From contig JAEOTP010000012.1 in assembly GCA_016839765.1 (NCBI GenBank), positions 96,001 through 160,000 of the forward strand: 64,000 nucleotides of DNA, read 5' to 3'. Positions within the stretch are counted from its first letter, which is position 1, and the number at the start of each line of letters is the position of its first letter. This stretch comes from Promethearchaeota archaeon. Lineage in GTDB: Archaea > Asgardarchaeota > Lokiarchaeia > Sigyniarchaeales > SOKP01. This document shows, in pieces, positions 48,604-59,200 of this stretch. The translations under genes were made by a program, and so were the position numbers. Below the pieces are notes generated by a model, which was not told where the DNA came from, did not search any database, and saw only the letters and a list, made by a program, of their open reading frames with translations.

Positions 48604-49974
48604 TTATTTAGATTTTAATAATAAACGTAACAAATGAAAAACTTTAGCGAATAAATTTTTCATTAAAGGAAAATCCATTACATATCTTATGGTTTTTAAT
48701 AACCTATATTTCTTTGGTTTAAATGTGCTTAAATCCTTGTCATACGTGATTTGTTGTATATAAAAGTTTTTATTAAAAAAGGATAAAATCAGAGAATAAG
48801 TCATAATTGCTATAATATCCCATGCCCTACTAATATGATCTCTGGGATAATTCATCTTTTCTCCTAAGGCCATCCTCACAATCTCAATAACATGAAAAAT
48901 CTCTATTTTACTTCTTAAAAGCTCTTTAGTGGCCCATAATAAATAAATGCAGCCACCACAATAAGATATTAAGGCTTTTGCTCCTGTTTCTTCTGCTTCT
49001 TTAAACTTTTTCATCCCTTCAGTGATAATATCAAAAATTATCGATATATTTTTAACCCAAGATGCTCCAGAGCCAAATCCGCAACACAACGAATCTTGTT
49101 TATTATGTTTCATTTCAATTATCCTGCATCCGCACTTTTTTATTATTTTTCTAGGATTCTCCCAATAAGGACCTTCTAAAGCCTTTGAATAGCAATTATC
49201 ATGAATAGTAACACTCAAATTTAACTGCTTCTTTAAGTTTAACTCTCCAGAATTTATTTTATCTAAAACCCATTGATTAAAATTGATAAAATTTTGAGAG
49301 TGATTTACTCCCATCTCCTTAGGATGGACTTCTTTAAATATAAATTCTACCGCATCCAAGCACGTGACAATATTTTTAATGCCCCAAGAATCAAAATCAT
49401 TCTTCGTTCTTTGAGCGATCCTTTGAACAATATCTAAGTAACCCCCTTGATATAAGTAGGCTCCTCCCTCCCATTGGTCAATTCTATCAATAGGCTTGAA
49501 ATAATCCAATAATTGGCTTCCCCCAATTATAAATGGAAATAAATGGGTATAATTTCCAATTAATAAAGGTGTGTCATTTGGTTTTGGGACATAATGCATC
49601 CATTTATAAATCCATCTTCTTTCTTGATTTGAAAGAAATACATTGAGAAGCTGCCAAATATTGGATTCCATAGTAGGACACACAAATCGATACAATGGAG
49701 GAGCACCTCGCTCTTTATACAGGTCATTCCATCTTTCAAGAATTAGTTGGTAAGGATTCGCACGTTCAGGACAATACAGATTACATGAAAGGCAAGTAGT
49801 GCATTTATATAGAGCATATTCAGACTCTTTTCCTTCAATTAAATTCTTAACTTCTTTTTTTGCTACTTCAATTGGCAATTTTAAAACAGGACATAAATTT
49901 AGGCAATCCCCGCATAAGTTGCATAGATCCTTCCTGAAACCTGGAATTCTTTTTACTTTACTCATTTTTACCAA
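48604..49974 (-). CDS. HdrD/GlpC-like Fe-S protein (2x[4Fe-4S] + CCG domains; first CCG domain degenerate)
   Basis: CNLCGDCLNLCP and CTTCLSCNLYCP. The second CCG domain is HDNCY...LCCGFG...YCGGC; the first reads QWEGGA. Confidence 0.85.
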   Translation of the reverse strand: MVKMSKVKRIPGFRKDLCNLCGDCLNLCPVLKLPIEVAKKEVKNLIEGKESEYALYKCTTCLSCNLYCPERANPYQLILERWNDLYKERGAPPLYRFVCPTMESNIWQLLNVFLSNQERRWIYKWMHYVPKPNDTPLLIGNYTHLFPFIIGGSQLLDYFKPIDRIDQWEGGAYLYQGGYLDIVQRIAQRTKNDFDSWGIKNIVTCLDAVEFIFKEVHPKEMGVNHSQNFINFNQWVLDKINSGELNLKKQLNLSVTIHDNCYSKALEGPYWENPRKIIKKCGCRIIEMKHNKQDSLCCGFGSGASWVKNISIIFDIITEGMKKFKEAEETGAKALISYCGGCIYLLWATKELLRSKIEIFHVIEIVRMALGEKMNYPRDHISRAWDIIAIMTYSLILSFFNKNFYIQQITYDKDLSTFKPKKYRLLKTIRYVMDFPLMKNLFAKVFHLLRLLLKSK

Positions 49975-51239
49975 GCCTCACCATATTTTGGAGGATCCTC
50001 AGATATTTTTGCTAATCGAAATGTTTTTTTTGAGGGAATTTTAGGAACTTGTTTCCACATAGTACCCCAAAAGAAATGTTTTGCGCGCTTTTTCTTTGCT
50101 TTTTTTGTTAAAGAAGGTTTTTCTCCAATTGCCATTTGAAGTAATTCAATAATATGATAAACCTTAAGCTTTCTGAAATATAATTTTTTATTTGCTGTAA
50201 ATGTTGCAAGGCAACCCGCACAATATATACACAGAGCATCAGCTTTAGTCTTTTTAAAATCTCTAAAGTTTCTAAGAGTTGATGATCTGATTTTAAATGG
50301 GTGATAGGCAGAATTTACTGAAAAGCCAGCTCCTATTCCACAGCATCGCATATGTGTTCTAGAGGAATCAGTCTCAATAACTTTAATCCCTATAGCATCT
50401 AAGATTTTACGTGGTAAGTCCATGTAATCATCACCAAACATCTTGGAATAGCAAGAATCTTGAATTGTAACTGTCATGTTTAATTTATTTTTAATTTTTA
50501 TTTCCGAATTTTCAATTTTTTCCCATAAATATTGAATATATGATTCTATTTTATCAAATTTATAAGTTAAGCCATATTGAGGAAGTATATTTTTGAATAC
50601 ATTTGTACCTGCGGTACATAATACAAGTAGATTTTTTGGCTTTAATATATTAAACCACTTATCTAATCTTTTGGTGACTTGAAAAAGCTCGTCTTTATAT
50701 CCAGTTCGAAATAAAGTTTCACCACAACAATATTCCAAACGCCCTCTAATATCAAGTCCTTTAAATAAACTTGTTTGAGTAAGTTCAGCAAATGTTATAA
50801 TATTGCATCCAGGGTACGTTAAAGTGTCACCTTTTAAAGGTTTTAATGAAGCCCATTGTTTAACAAGTTCTTTTGCCTGTATTGGTAGATGTTCCATAAC
50901 ATAAGAACGAAAATTTGGATAATGAGGATATAGTGTCATATAATATTTTCCTCTTTTCTTTAAACCTTCTTTCTTATATTGTTCATTCCAGCGCTGTAAA
51001 ATAAGACTTGTTGGATGGGCATTTTTAGGGCAGTAAAAATTACATGAAAAACAACTTTGACACTTAGTTAGAACTTGCGAAGTTTCAACTCCAGCAATTA
51101 ATTTTTTCATTTCTTCGACAGCTAAATCAATAGGAAGCTGCATTACAGGGCATATATGAAAACATATACCACATAAACTGCATGCATCTTCTTTAAAACC
51201 AGAAAAAAAATCAATATCAACAGGTTCAATTTTAGACAT
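49968..51239 (-). CDS. HdrD/GlpC-like Fe-S protein (2x[4Fe-4S] + two CCG domains)
   Basis: CSLCGICFHICP, CQSCFSCNFYCP, YPGC...YCCGE...LCTAG, QDSCY...RCCGIG...YCAGC. Confidence 0.87.
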   Translation of the reverse strand: MSKIEPVDIDFFSGFKEDACSLCGICFHICPVMQLPIDLAVEEMKKLIAGVETSQVLTKCQSCFSCNFYCPKNAHPTSLILQRWNEQYKKEGLKKRGKYYMTLYPHYPNFRSYVMEHLPIQAKELVKQWASLKPLKGDTLTYPGCNIITFAELTQTSLFKGLDIRGRLEYCCGETLFRTGYKDELFQVTKRLDKWFNILKPKNLLVLCTAGTNVFKNILPQYGLTYKFDKIESYIQYLWEKIENSEIKIKNKLNMTVTIQDSCYSKMFGDDYMDLPRKILDAIGIKVIETDSSRTHMRCCGIGAGFSVNSAYHPFKIRSSTLRNFRDFKKTKADALCIYCAGCLATFTANKKLYFRKLKVYHIIELLQMAIGEKPSLTKKAKKKRAKHFFWGTMWKQVPKIPSKKTFRLAKISEDPPKYGEAW

Positions 51240-51352
51240 CTTAACTACAGCCCAATAATAATTATTATTTTATAAGAATCAATATCCCTTTATTTACTAC
51301 TAGCAAGAATTAATATAAATTTTTAAATCTAAATGAAAATTATGGTTTATCT

Positions 51353-52168
51353 TTATGAGGCAATGATTAGAATTATAATGTAAACAAATATCAAATTGCC
51401 CAAAATAATTCCCGTATCTTTTAATGAAGTTTTTCCTAATAAATCTTTTCTAGGTTTCCTGAAAATATACATAACTCCAATTGGGAATATTACAATTGGT
51501 AGAAAAATCAAATAATTAGTAATTATTAATGATGCTATAGACACTGTTAATGCAATTAACGAAGAGATCCACATAACAATTTGAGAAGATCTCGATTTTA
51601 ACCGAGCAAGGGCGTCTCCATCAATCATTTCATGTAGCATTTGCCCTACAAAACCAGCGGAAGTTACTGAGACTACAATAAGCCACTCAGCTAATGTCAA
51701 ATTTGGAAAGTAATTCAAGATAGTGTCTCCTGCGTTAATTTTTATCATAAAATAAGGTAAAAAAATGTGAGAAATTCCTAATATAACATGGTTTATTATC
51801 ACCAATTTTTTAAATAGACAGTAGAAAACTACCATAATTACGATTAATACTAAATAAATAGCTAATAAGGGTTTAATTATAATATCATTCAAGAAACACA
51901 TGGTACCTATGGTAAAACTTGAAATTGAAAGAACAGCTATTTCTTTACGCCCATATCCCTTAACTCGCTCAAGAGTTTCTTTTTCATTAGGATCCTTCAT
52001 ATCAATTACATCATTAAGAGTATTTCCTGTAATGGCGTAAAAACTAAAACCAGCTAAAATCCAAATGTGAGAAACTACATCATAATTATTCAAATATATG
52101 CATAATAAACATGGGATTAATACAGAAAAGAGATACTCTACTCGAAGAAGTCTAAATCCCTTACTCAT
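51353..52168 (-). CDS. UbiA-superfamily membrane prenyltransferase
   Basis: About 8-9 TMs with Asp-rich motifs GNTLNDVIDMKD and HEMIDGD. Confidence 0.75.
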   Translation of the reverse strand: MSKGFRLLRVEYLFSVLIPCLLCIYLNNYDVVSHIWILAGFSFYAITGNTLNDVIDMKDPNEKETLERVKGYGRKEIAVLSISSFTIGTMCFLNDIIIKPLLAIYLVLIVIMVVFYCLFKKLVIINHVILGISHIFLPYFMIKINAGDTILNYFPNLTLAEWLIVVSVTSAGFVGQMLHEMIDGDALARLKSRSSQIVMWISSLIALTVSIASLIITNYLIFLPIVIFPIGVMYIFRKPRKDLLGKTSLKDTGIILGNLIFVYIIILIIAS

Positions 52169-52253
52169 GAATCCAAAACACTTTAAAATTTTTCATTCAA
52201 AACTAATTCTTTATTATCTTTAAAATGATTTAAAGCTTTAGAGGGAATTTTTA

Positions 52254-55200
52254 CTATCTTGTACTTTGAATAAAACCTTTTTCTTTTCTTTGCCTCTCTT
52301 CCCATTTTTTACGTTCCGACCGAAGTCTAAAAAGATCTACATCTTTATATATCAGACCCTCTTCTTTTGCTGGAATGTTTCTTTCAATACGATCTTTTTC
52401 TGGCGTGTAGATGAGTGATTCACCAAATTCAGCTACATTAGCAAAAAAACTATAGGCATAAATCGATCTACGTGCGTCAAAATGAGCCGCTTTAAAGTCA
52501 GCAGTAACAGGTGTAAATGCCGGATTTAATACAATGTCTACAGCAGGCTCAAAATTCTTTAATTCAACTCTTAAATCCATATCAAGGAAGTCTCGACATA
52601 TCGCGATAGCAATTCTTCCGTATTCAGTATTACAGACCAAAATTTTACGAGGTATTGAGCTGGTTTCTATTGCTTCTTTGAACTTTTTATCTTTAAAGTG
52701 AATTATGGCAGGAATATGCTTTTCTTGTTTCCATAGAACTCTTTCAGGAGAGATAACCATACTTATATTTTGTTTTGTTTCTTGATCGTGATAAGAACCT
52801 GGAATGATATACATATTATATTTCTTGGCGAGATTTGATATCTCTTCTAAAAGTTCTATATAGTTTAAATCTATAGTCATTTCTGGAAAAATTAGAATAT
52901 TAATTTTATGGCTACTAGCATTATCAACCATTTCTTTAACTTTACTTATCAAGGTTTTTATTTTTTCCTTTTTAAATCCCAATAGACCAGAGGATTTCTC
53001 TTCAAAAAAATCAGTTATAATATCGCCGGTTTTTGATAAGCCAATTTGAGCAATTCCTATTCTAAATTGACTTTTTTGGGTATTTAAGTCTTGTTTAAGA
53101 AAATCTGTATAAATAATTTTATACTTTTTCTTTTCAATTTTTTCTTCTACATATCTTCTTATTATATTTTCTGTGATTTGATGGACTTCACTCAATCTAG
53201 GAGATTGACTAATTTCTATAGGGCAAGCTGGAGCAATAATACCAGTTGTACTTCCAGAGATCTCAGGCTTTTTAATTGAATTTAAAGCAGAAAATAAAAT
53301 CTTTTCCTCCTTTTCAATCAATTCAATACGATTTAACACTTCATTTTGTTTATCTTCATAACCTGCTTTACCGAAAAGTTCTGCTGTCGATTTTAAAATT
53401 TGTTCTCCTAATTTTAGAAGTCTTTCTTTCTCTTTTAGGTCCATCTCTTCATCTGCTTTAATTATATGCCATACACCATCAAAATAAGTAGAAGTAGCTA
53501 TAGCCCAATCTGCACCATTTTTAAAACCTCCCTTCTCATAAGAATTTGCAGCTCCTCTTAACATTGCTTTAATGTTTGGGTACAATTTCCCTTTAGTTTC
53601 TGAGTCATAAGACTCATCAAATTTACATCCTAATTTTAAGGCATTACAGAAGGCAGAATTTCCTGATGCTAATAATTTCATTTTACTATCTTGAAAGAGT
53701 TGACTTGCCATCAAGAAAAGATCTGCGGCCTCTGCATATCTTTCAGGCTCCAAATAATTTTCAGCAAGTTCCATATTTTCCCAAGCTCTACAAAGATAAT
53801 ATATTGCTTCAAGATCTTTTTTTTCCTTTTCTATTTTATATCGTGTACATACATTCCTAAATTGAGAAGCAGCTTTTCCAAAATGTTCAGAAGCTTTAAA
53901 ATGCTCACCCTGTTTTCCTAAAATCCTTCCTTCCTCCAGATTTATCTTTGCAGAGCAATAACTTATTCTTAATTTAGCCACTTTCTCAAGGTTCTCTATT
54001 CTCTCTTTAACTTCTCTTAATTTCGAAGATTTTGATTTTTCAGCTAGGATATCTACAATGTTTTCAAAGGCATTTTGACTTTCTTTATATTTATTAATTG
54101 TCTCCCTTTGCTTTTCTTGCTTGCTGAAATGTTCCGCTTCTTCCAATAATGCCCATGCTTCATAGTAGTGGGATTCAAAATTGAACTTTGGAATATTATT
54201 TTGGATTTCACTTGCTTTTTGATAACTTTCTTTTGCCATTAGATGTTCTTCATTCCTATGGAATGACTTAGCCTTCTCTACTAAATTCCAGGCTGTTGTA
54301 TATTCAACTTTTTCTATAATATTTTTTCTTAGAGGTTTTTGCTCTACAGTATCAAGTAAATTCTGATAAATTTCTTGTGCTTTTTCATAATAATTTGCAG
54401 AGTCAGAATAATTTCCAATTCGGTCTTCTATATGCGCAAGATATTCATAAGCAGTGGCAGTATAATAAAAGAATTTCCTCTTCTTACTTTCCTGTTCAAC
54501 CAATAGAAATGCATCTTTAGCTCGTTCAAATGTTTCAGATTGCTGAGTTAGAATGCCGAGTTCTTGGTATAATAATCCTAAGCGTATTTGCGCTGCGATT
54601 ATTCCTGTCGGAGATTCAACTTCATTTCCAAGATAATTCTTGTGAGCTTCAATTGATAATTTAAGCAATTCTATTTTATTTACAACTTTTTTTGATAAAT
54701 CTGCCTGAGTTTTATAAGATTTAAATAAAGAAGAGTATCCTGCTGCTATAGAAAATCCTCCTCTATAATTTTTAGCTAGATTTTCTGCCTCCATGGCATA
54801 ACTCATCATTTTATCTATATATTTATTTTGCTCATCCTGTACATTTGTAAGATATGCTAATTTTGAATAACACCATGTTAATGATTGGTATGACCAAGTT
54901 AACATAGGTACGAAAGAAAAAACTTCTAAAGATTCTTTGGCGTATTGAATAGCTAACTTAGCATACTTTTTTTGTTGGTCAGGTTTAATAAAACTTCGTT
55001 GAGAAAGATTAGTATAATAAAAAGCAGGGAAAATGGTTCTAAGGAAATAAGGCTCAATTAATAATCCTTTATACACTTCCCCCAATTCTAAAAGAGTATG
55101 CACGTCTTGCCATATTCTCTTTTGTACATAATTAAATCTTCTTAAAGAAGTTGCTAAATAATTTAAATAAAATATAGCGATTATCATGTATCTTTTATCT

Positions 55201-56084
55201 TTGGTTTTTTTCAAATCTTCTAATCCAAGCCCCACCAATGCAATACCCTTATCTCCATATTCTTTTTGTTTGATTGCGTCTTTTATAAACTGAATAGCAA
55301 CTCCCGTATAAAATACTCCTGTATATATATTGACCTTAGCTATTATATGTGGATCTTTACATTCTTGAATAAGCTTTAAGCTAATATCTCCTATTGATTT
55401 AACTTTTTCAAAAAGCTTCTTACCATCATAGCCCAATTTAAAAGGCATTATGAAGCTATATAAAAAGATTAGTGACCCGAAACCATACAAAGATTCAGCA
55501 ATGATATCATAAAATTTTTCTTCATTCGCAATACTCCAAGCTTCTTCACCTATTTGTAAACCTTTTTTAATATAATTTTCGATTTCCTCTTGCTCAACAC
55601 TACAAGTTGCTAGGTAATAAAGAGACTGTGAAGCACTACCTAAACTCCTTGCTGTACTTTTTTGATCATCATCATTTCTATAAATCTCACTTGATTTTAC
55701 AAATAACTCGTAAGATTTTTTAAAGTTTACTTTTCCCTCCATTACAGAATTACCAAGTACTCCTTTGATGCTCAATATTACCGCTTCACATTCTAAACCC
55801 TCTGGAATCTTTTTAATCTGATTAAATAAATTTAAGGCATTTTCATACGCTTTAATTGCTAGGTTGCTTATACCATTAAATTCATCTGATGTATCAGTAG
55901 TATGAGATGCCTTTGCATAAGCATAACCTACCTTCATGTAATATTTAGCAGCTTTTTCCAATAAATTTTTATCTAGAAATGCCTTTGCTACTTGATCATA
56001 TAAGGATGCCGCATTCTGCCAATTATAATTCTTTTCCTCTGCTTTTGCTTCATTTATTAATTTATTTTGAATGATTCTTATCAT
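52254..56084 (-). CDS. TPR/alpha-solenoid - carbon-nitrogen hydrolase fusion, paralog 1
   Basis: About 950 aa of helical repeats, linker IIAPACPIEISQSPRL, then a nitrilase-fold domain with the E-K-C triad (LIFPEM, QEKHIP, AICRDF). Confidence 0.88.
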   Translation of the reverse strand: MIRIIQNKLINEAKAEEKNYNWQNAASLYDQVAKAFLDKNLLEKAAKYYMKVGYAYAKASHTTDTSDEFNGISNLAIKAYENALNLFNQIKKIPEGLECEAVILSIKGVLGNSVMEGKVNFKKSYELFVKSSEIYRNDDDQKSTARSLGSASQSLYYLATCSVEQEEIENYIKKGLQIGEEAWSIANEEKFYDIIAESLYGFGSLIFLYSFIMPFKLGYDGKKLFEKVKSIGDISLKLIQECKDPHIIAKVNIYTGVFYTGVAIQFIKDAIKQKEYGDKGIALVGLGLEDLKKTKDKRYMIIAIFYLNYLATSLRRFNYVQKRIWQDVHTLLELGEVYKGLLIEPYFLRTIFPAFYYTNLSQRSFIKPDQQKKYAKLAIQYAKESLEVFSFVPMLTWSYQSLTWCYSKLAYLTNVQDEQNKYIDKMMSYAMEAENLAKNYRGGFSIAAGYSSLFKSYKTQADLSKKVVNKIELLKLSIEAHKNYLGNEVESPTGIIAAQIRLGLLYQELGILTQQSETFERAKDAFLLVEQESKKRKFFYYTATAYEYLAHIEDRIGNYSDSANYYEKAQEIYQNLLDTVEQKPLRKNIIEKVEYTTAWNLVEKAKSFHRNEEHLMAKESYQKASEIQNNIPKFNFESHYYEAWALLEEAEHFSKQEKQRETINKYKESQNAFENIVDILAEKSKSSKLREVKERIENLEKVAKLRISYCSAKINLEEGRILGKQGEHFKASEHFGKAASQFRNVCTRYKIEKEKKDLEAIYYLCRAWENMELAENYLEPERYAEAADLFLMASQLFQDSKMKLLASGNSAFCNALKLGCKFDESYDSETKGKLYPNIKAMLRGAANSYEKGGFKNGADWAIATSTYFDGVWHIIKADEEMDLKEKERLLKLGEQILKSTAELFGKAGYEDKQNEVLNRIELIEKEEKILFSALNSIKKPEISGSTTGIIAPACPIEISQSPRLSEVHQITENIIRRYVEEKIEKKKYKIIYTDFLKQDLNTQKSQFRIGIAQIGLSKTGDIITDFFEEKSSGLLGFKKEKIKTLISKVKEMVDNASSHKINILIFPEMTIDLNYIELLEEISNLAKKYNMYIIPGSYHDQETKQNISMVISPERVLWKQEKHIPAIIHFKDKKFKEAIETSSIPRKILVCNTEYGRIAIAICRDFLDMDLRVELKNFEPAVDIVLNPAFTPVTADFKAAHFDARRSIYAYSFFANVAEFGESLIYTPEKDRIERNIPAKEEGLIYKDVDLFRLRSERKKWEERQRKEKGFIQSTR

Positions 56085-56134
56085 CCCTAATTGTTCATTA
56101 ATACTAAATTCGAGATATTGGTTTTCTGATTATA

Positions 56135-56192
56135 AATTTCTTAGCTTTAAGAATAATTAATAATAGATGTTTCAATTTAAAACATTTTACAT
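56135..56192. repeat. Duplicated upstream element, copy 1 (56/58 nt identical to 60097-60154)
   Basis: AATTTCTTAGCTTTAAGAATAATTAATAATAGATGTT-TCAA-TTTAAAACATTTTACAT, 51 nt from the paralog-1 ATG. Confidence 0.85.
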
Positions 56193-56224
56193 AAATTATT
56201 CCAGAAATTAGAATAGGGAAAAAG

Positions 56225-59200
56225 TTACGATCTTGTACTTTGGATAAATTGTCTTTCTTTTTTCTGCTCTTTTTCCCATTTTTTACGTTCCGATCGAAGT
56301 CTAAAGAGATCTACATCTTTAAAAATTAAGCCTTCTTTACCTGGAGGGACATTTCTTTCAACTCGTTCCTTTTCTGGTGTATATATAAGAGAATTCCCAT
56401 AATCGGCGATATTAGCAAAGAAAGTATAAGCATAAATTGATCTACGAGCATCAAAATGAACTGCTTTGAAATCAGCTGTAACGGGCGTAAAAGCTGGGTT
56501 TAAAACAATATCCACTGGGGGCTCGAAATTTTTTAACTCAACCCTTAGATCCATATCAAGAAAATCTCGGCATGTTGCAATAGCTATTCTTCCATATTCT
56601 GTATTACACACTATTGTTTTATGCGGTAAAGTAGTTGTATCTATTCCTTCTTTAAATCTACTTCTCTCTAGGCTAATTATTGCAGGTATATGTTTTTTTT
56701 GTTGCCAGAGAATTCCTTCAGGACCTATAACTAAACTAACATTACTTTTTACTTCAATGTTGTGATAAGATCCAGGGATAATATACATTTCATATATCTT
56801 AGCAAGATTTGATATATCCTCCAGAAATTGCTTATATTTGAGATCTACTGTCATTTCTGGAAAAAGTAAAATATCTACGCTTTCTTGATGAGCCTTTTCA
56901 ATCATTTCCTTAACTTTTGATTCAACATCATTAACTTTCTCTTCTTTAAGTGTGAGAAGCCCCTTAGGTTTTTCTTCGTAAAACTCATTCATGATATCAC
57001 CGGAATTAGAAATACCGATTTGAGCAATACCAACTCTACACTGGTTCCTTGGGGATTTGGGATGATCTTTTAACAAATCCTTATATTCTATTTTATATTT
57101 TTTTATTTTACTGTCGATTTCTAAGAATTTACTCACTTCTTCAGAGTATTGTTGAATTTCACCTATCCGTGGTGATTGGCTTGTTTCTATTGGACATGAT
57201 GGTGTAATTATCCCTTCAATACTTCTTGAAACAGAGGGCTTATTAATTGTGTTTAAGGCGGAAACAAGTATTTTTTCCTCTTTAATTACTCTATCTAATC
57301 TTTCTAAAACTTCTCTCTCTTTGTCTTTATAACCGGCTTTATGAAAGAGTTCTGCTGCTGACTTCAAATAATTTGATCCAAAATTTAAAAATTCTTGTTT
57401 TTTATTTACATCTAATTCATCATCGGCTTGAATTAAGTACCATGCTGCATCGAAATAAATTGATGTTGCAAGTGCCCAGTCTGCACCATTTTTAAAACCA
57501 CCCTTTTCATATAAATCTGCTGCTTTTCTAAGAATTGATTTAACGTTTGGATACAATGTTGTTTTAATTTCTATATCATGGGATTGATCAAATTTACATC
57601 CCTCTTCTAGAGCTAAACAAAAATTTGAATTAGCCTGAGCTAGGAATTTCAATTTACTTTGTGTAAAGAAATCACTAGCTTCTATGAATAATTTTGCTGC
57701 TTCTGCGAATTTTTCTGGATCCTCATAGTTTTCAGCTAATTCCATGCTTTCCCAAGCTCTACAGAGATAATATATTGCTTCTAATTCTGCTCGCTCTCTT
57801 TTAATTTTATATAATACACAAATATCTCTGAATTGAGATGCTGCATTGTTAAATTTTTCAGCAGCTGCAAGGTGATCTCCCTTTTTTCCTAAAATTCTTG
57901 CCTCATCAAGATTTATTCTGGCAGAACAATGATTCATCCTTATTTTAGCTACTTTCTCAAGTTTTTTTAATTCTTTTAACCTTCTAACATTTTTCCTTAT
58001 AAATCTAATACTAAAGACAGCATTCTCAAAATGTTCTCTAGTTTTCTCATAGCTCCTTATAGCTTGATCATGTTTTTCCTGCTTACTAAGATCTTCAGCT
58101 TCTTCTAAAGCTATCCAGGCTCCATAATAAACTGCTTCATAATTAAAACTAGGTAATGTTTTTAAGATCTCAGATGCTTCTCCATAACATTCTTTAGCAT
58201 ATAAATGCTGTTCCCTTTTATGATACGCCTTAGCTTTTTCAATCAAATTCCAAGCCTTAGCATAATTTATCTTCTCATTAACCCTGTCTTTTAATGGTTT
58301 ATATTCAATTGCTAGTAATGATTTATCATGAGCATCACGCGCTTTTTCATAGTATTCTGCAGAAATCATGTGATTTCCTAGACGATCTTCTAAACGGGCA
58401 ATAAACTCATAACAAGCCGCAGAGTAATATGCATAACCTTTTTCCAAACTATCTTCAATTACACGGAGGAATAGCTCTCTTGCTTCCATTAAGGGTTTTT
58501 CTTCAGTTGTTAGAATTCCTAAATCCTCATAAAGCTGCCCTAAACGTATTTGAGAGGCTAAGTATAGTCTATAAGATTCTATTGAATATTTAATATTTTT
58601 CTTTGCAGCCTCTATTGCAGTTAATAGATTTAGTTTTTTTTCTTTTTTATCTTTAGTAATATCAGCTATAGTTTTATATGCTCTATAAATGGAAGTTAAG
58701 CCGGCCGATCTAACATTTCCTCCTTTATAGTCTTTAGCGATATTTTCTGCTACTTTTGCGTAATCTAACATCTTTTGAATATATTCCTCTCGAGGATCAC
58801 CTTCTATGGCAAGATTGACTAACTGAGAGTATAAAAGAGTTAAAATTTGATAGGCAAAGATTATATAAGGTCCAAACGCGAGTCTCTTTAAAGTTTCATT
58901 AGCGTATTGAATCCCTATTTTTGCATATGATTTCCTTGTATCCGCCCTTAAAAAACTTCTACTTGTAAAAGTGTTATAATAACTTATAGGTATAAAATCC
59001 ATTAAACAATAAAGCCCAGTATAGAGATTATCGAAAATTTTATCTAATTTTAGAACGTCATGCACATCCTTTAAAATTCTTTTCTGTAAATATTCATATC
59101 TGCCAAAAACAGCAGCTTGATAATCTAAACCATATCGGCTGGTTATAGCTCCAAGAACATTTCTAGATTTTCTAAAGAATGTGATACCTTTTTCTAATGA

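Noticed and set aside
49455-49485. Selenocysteine at the degenerate CCG motif
   Set aside because: The codons are TGG GAG (Trp-Glu), with no in-frame TGA.
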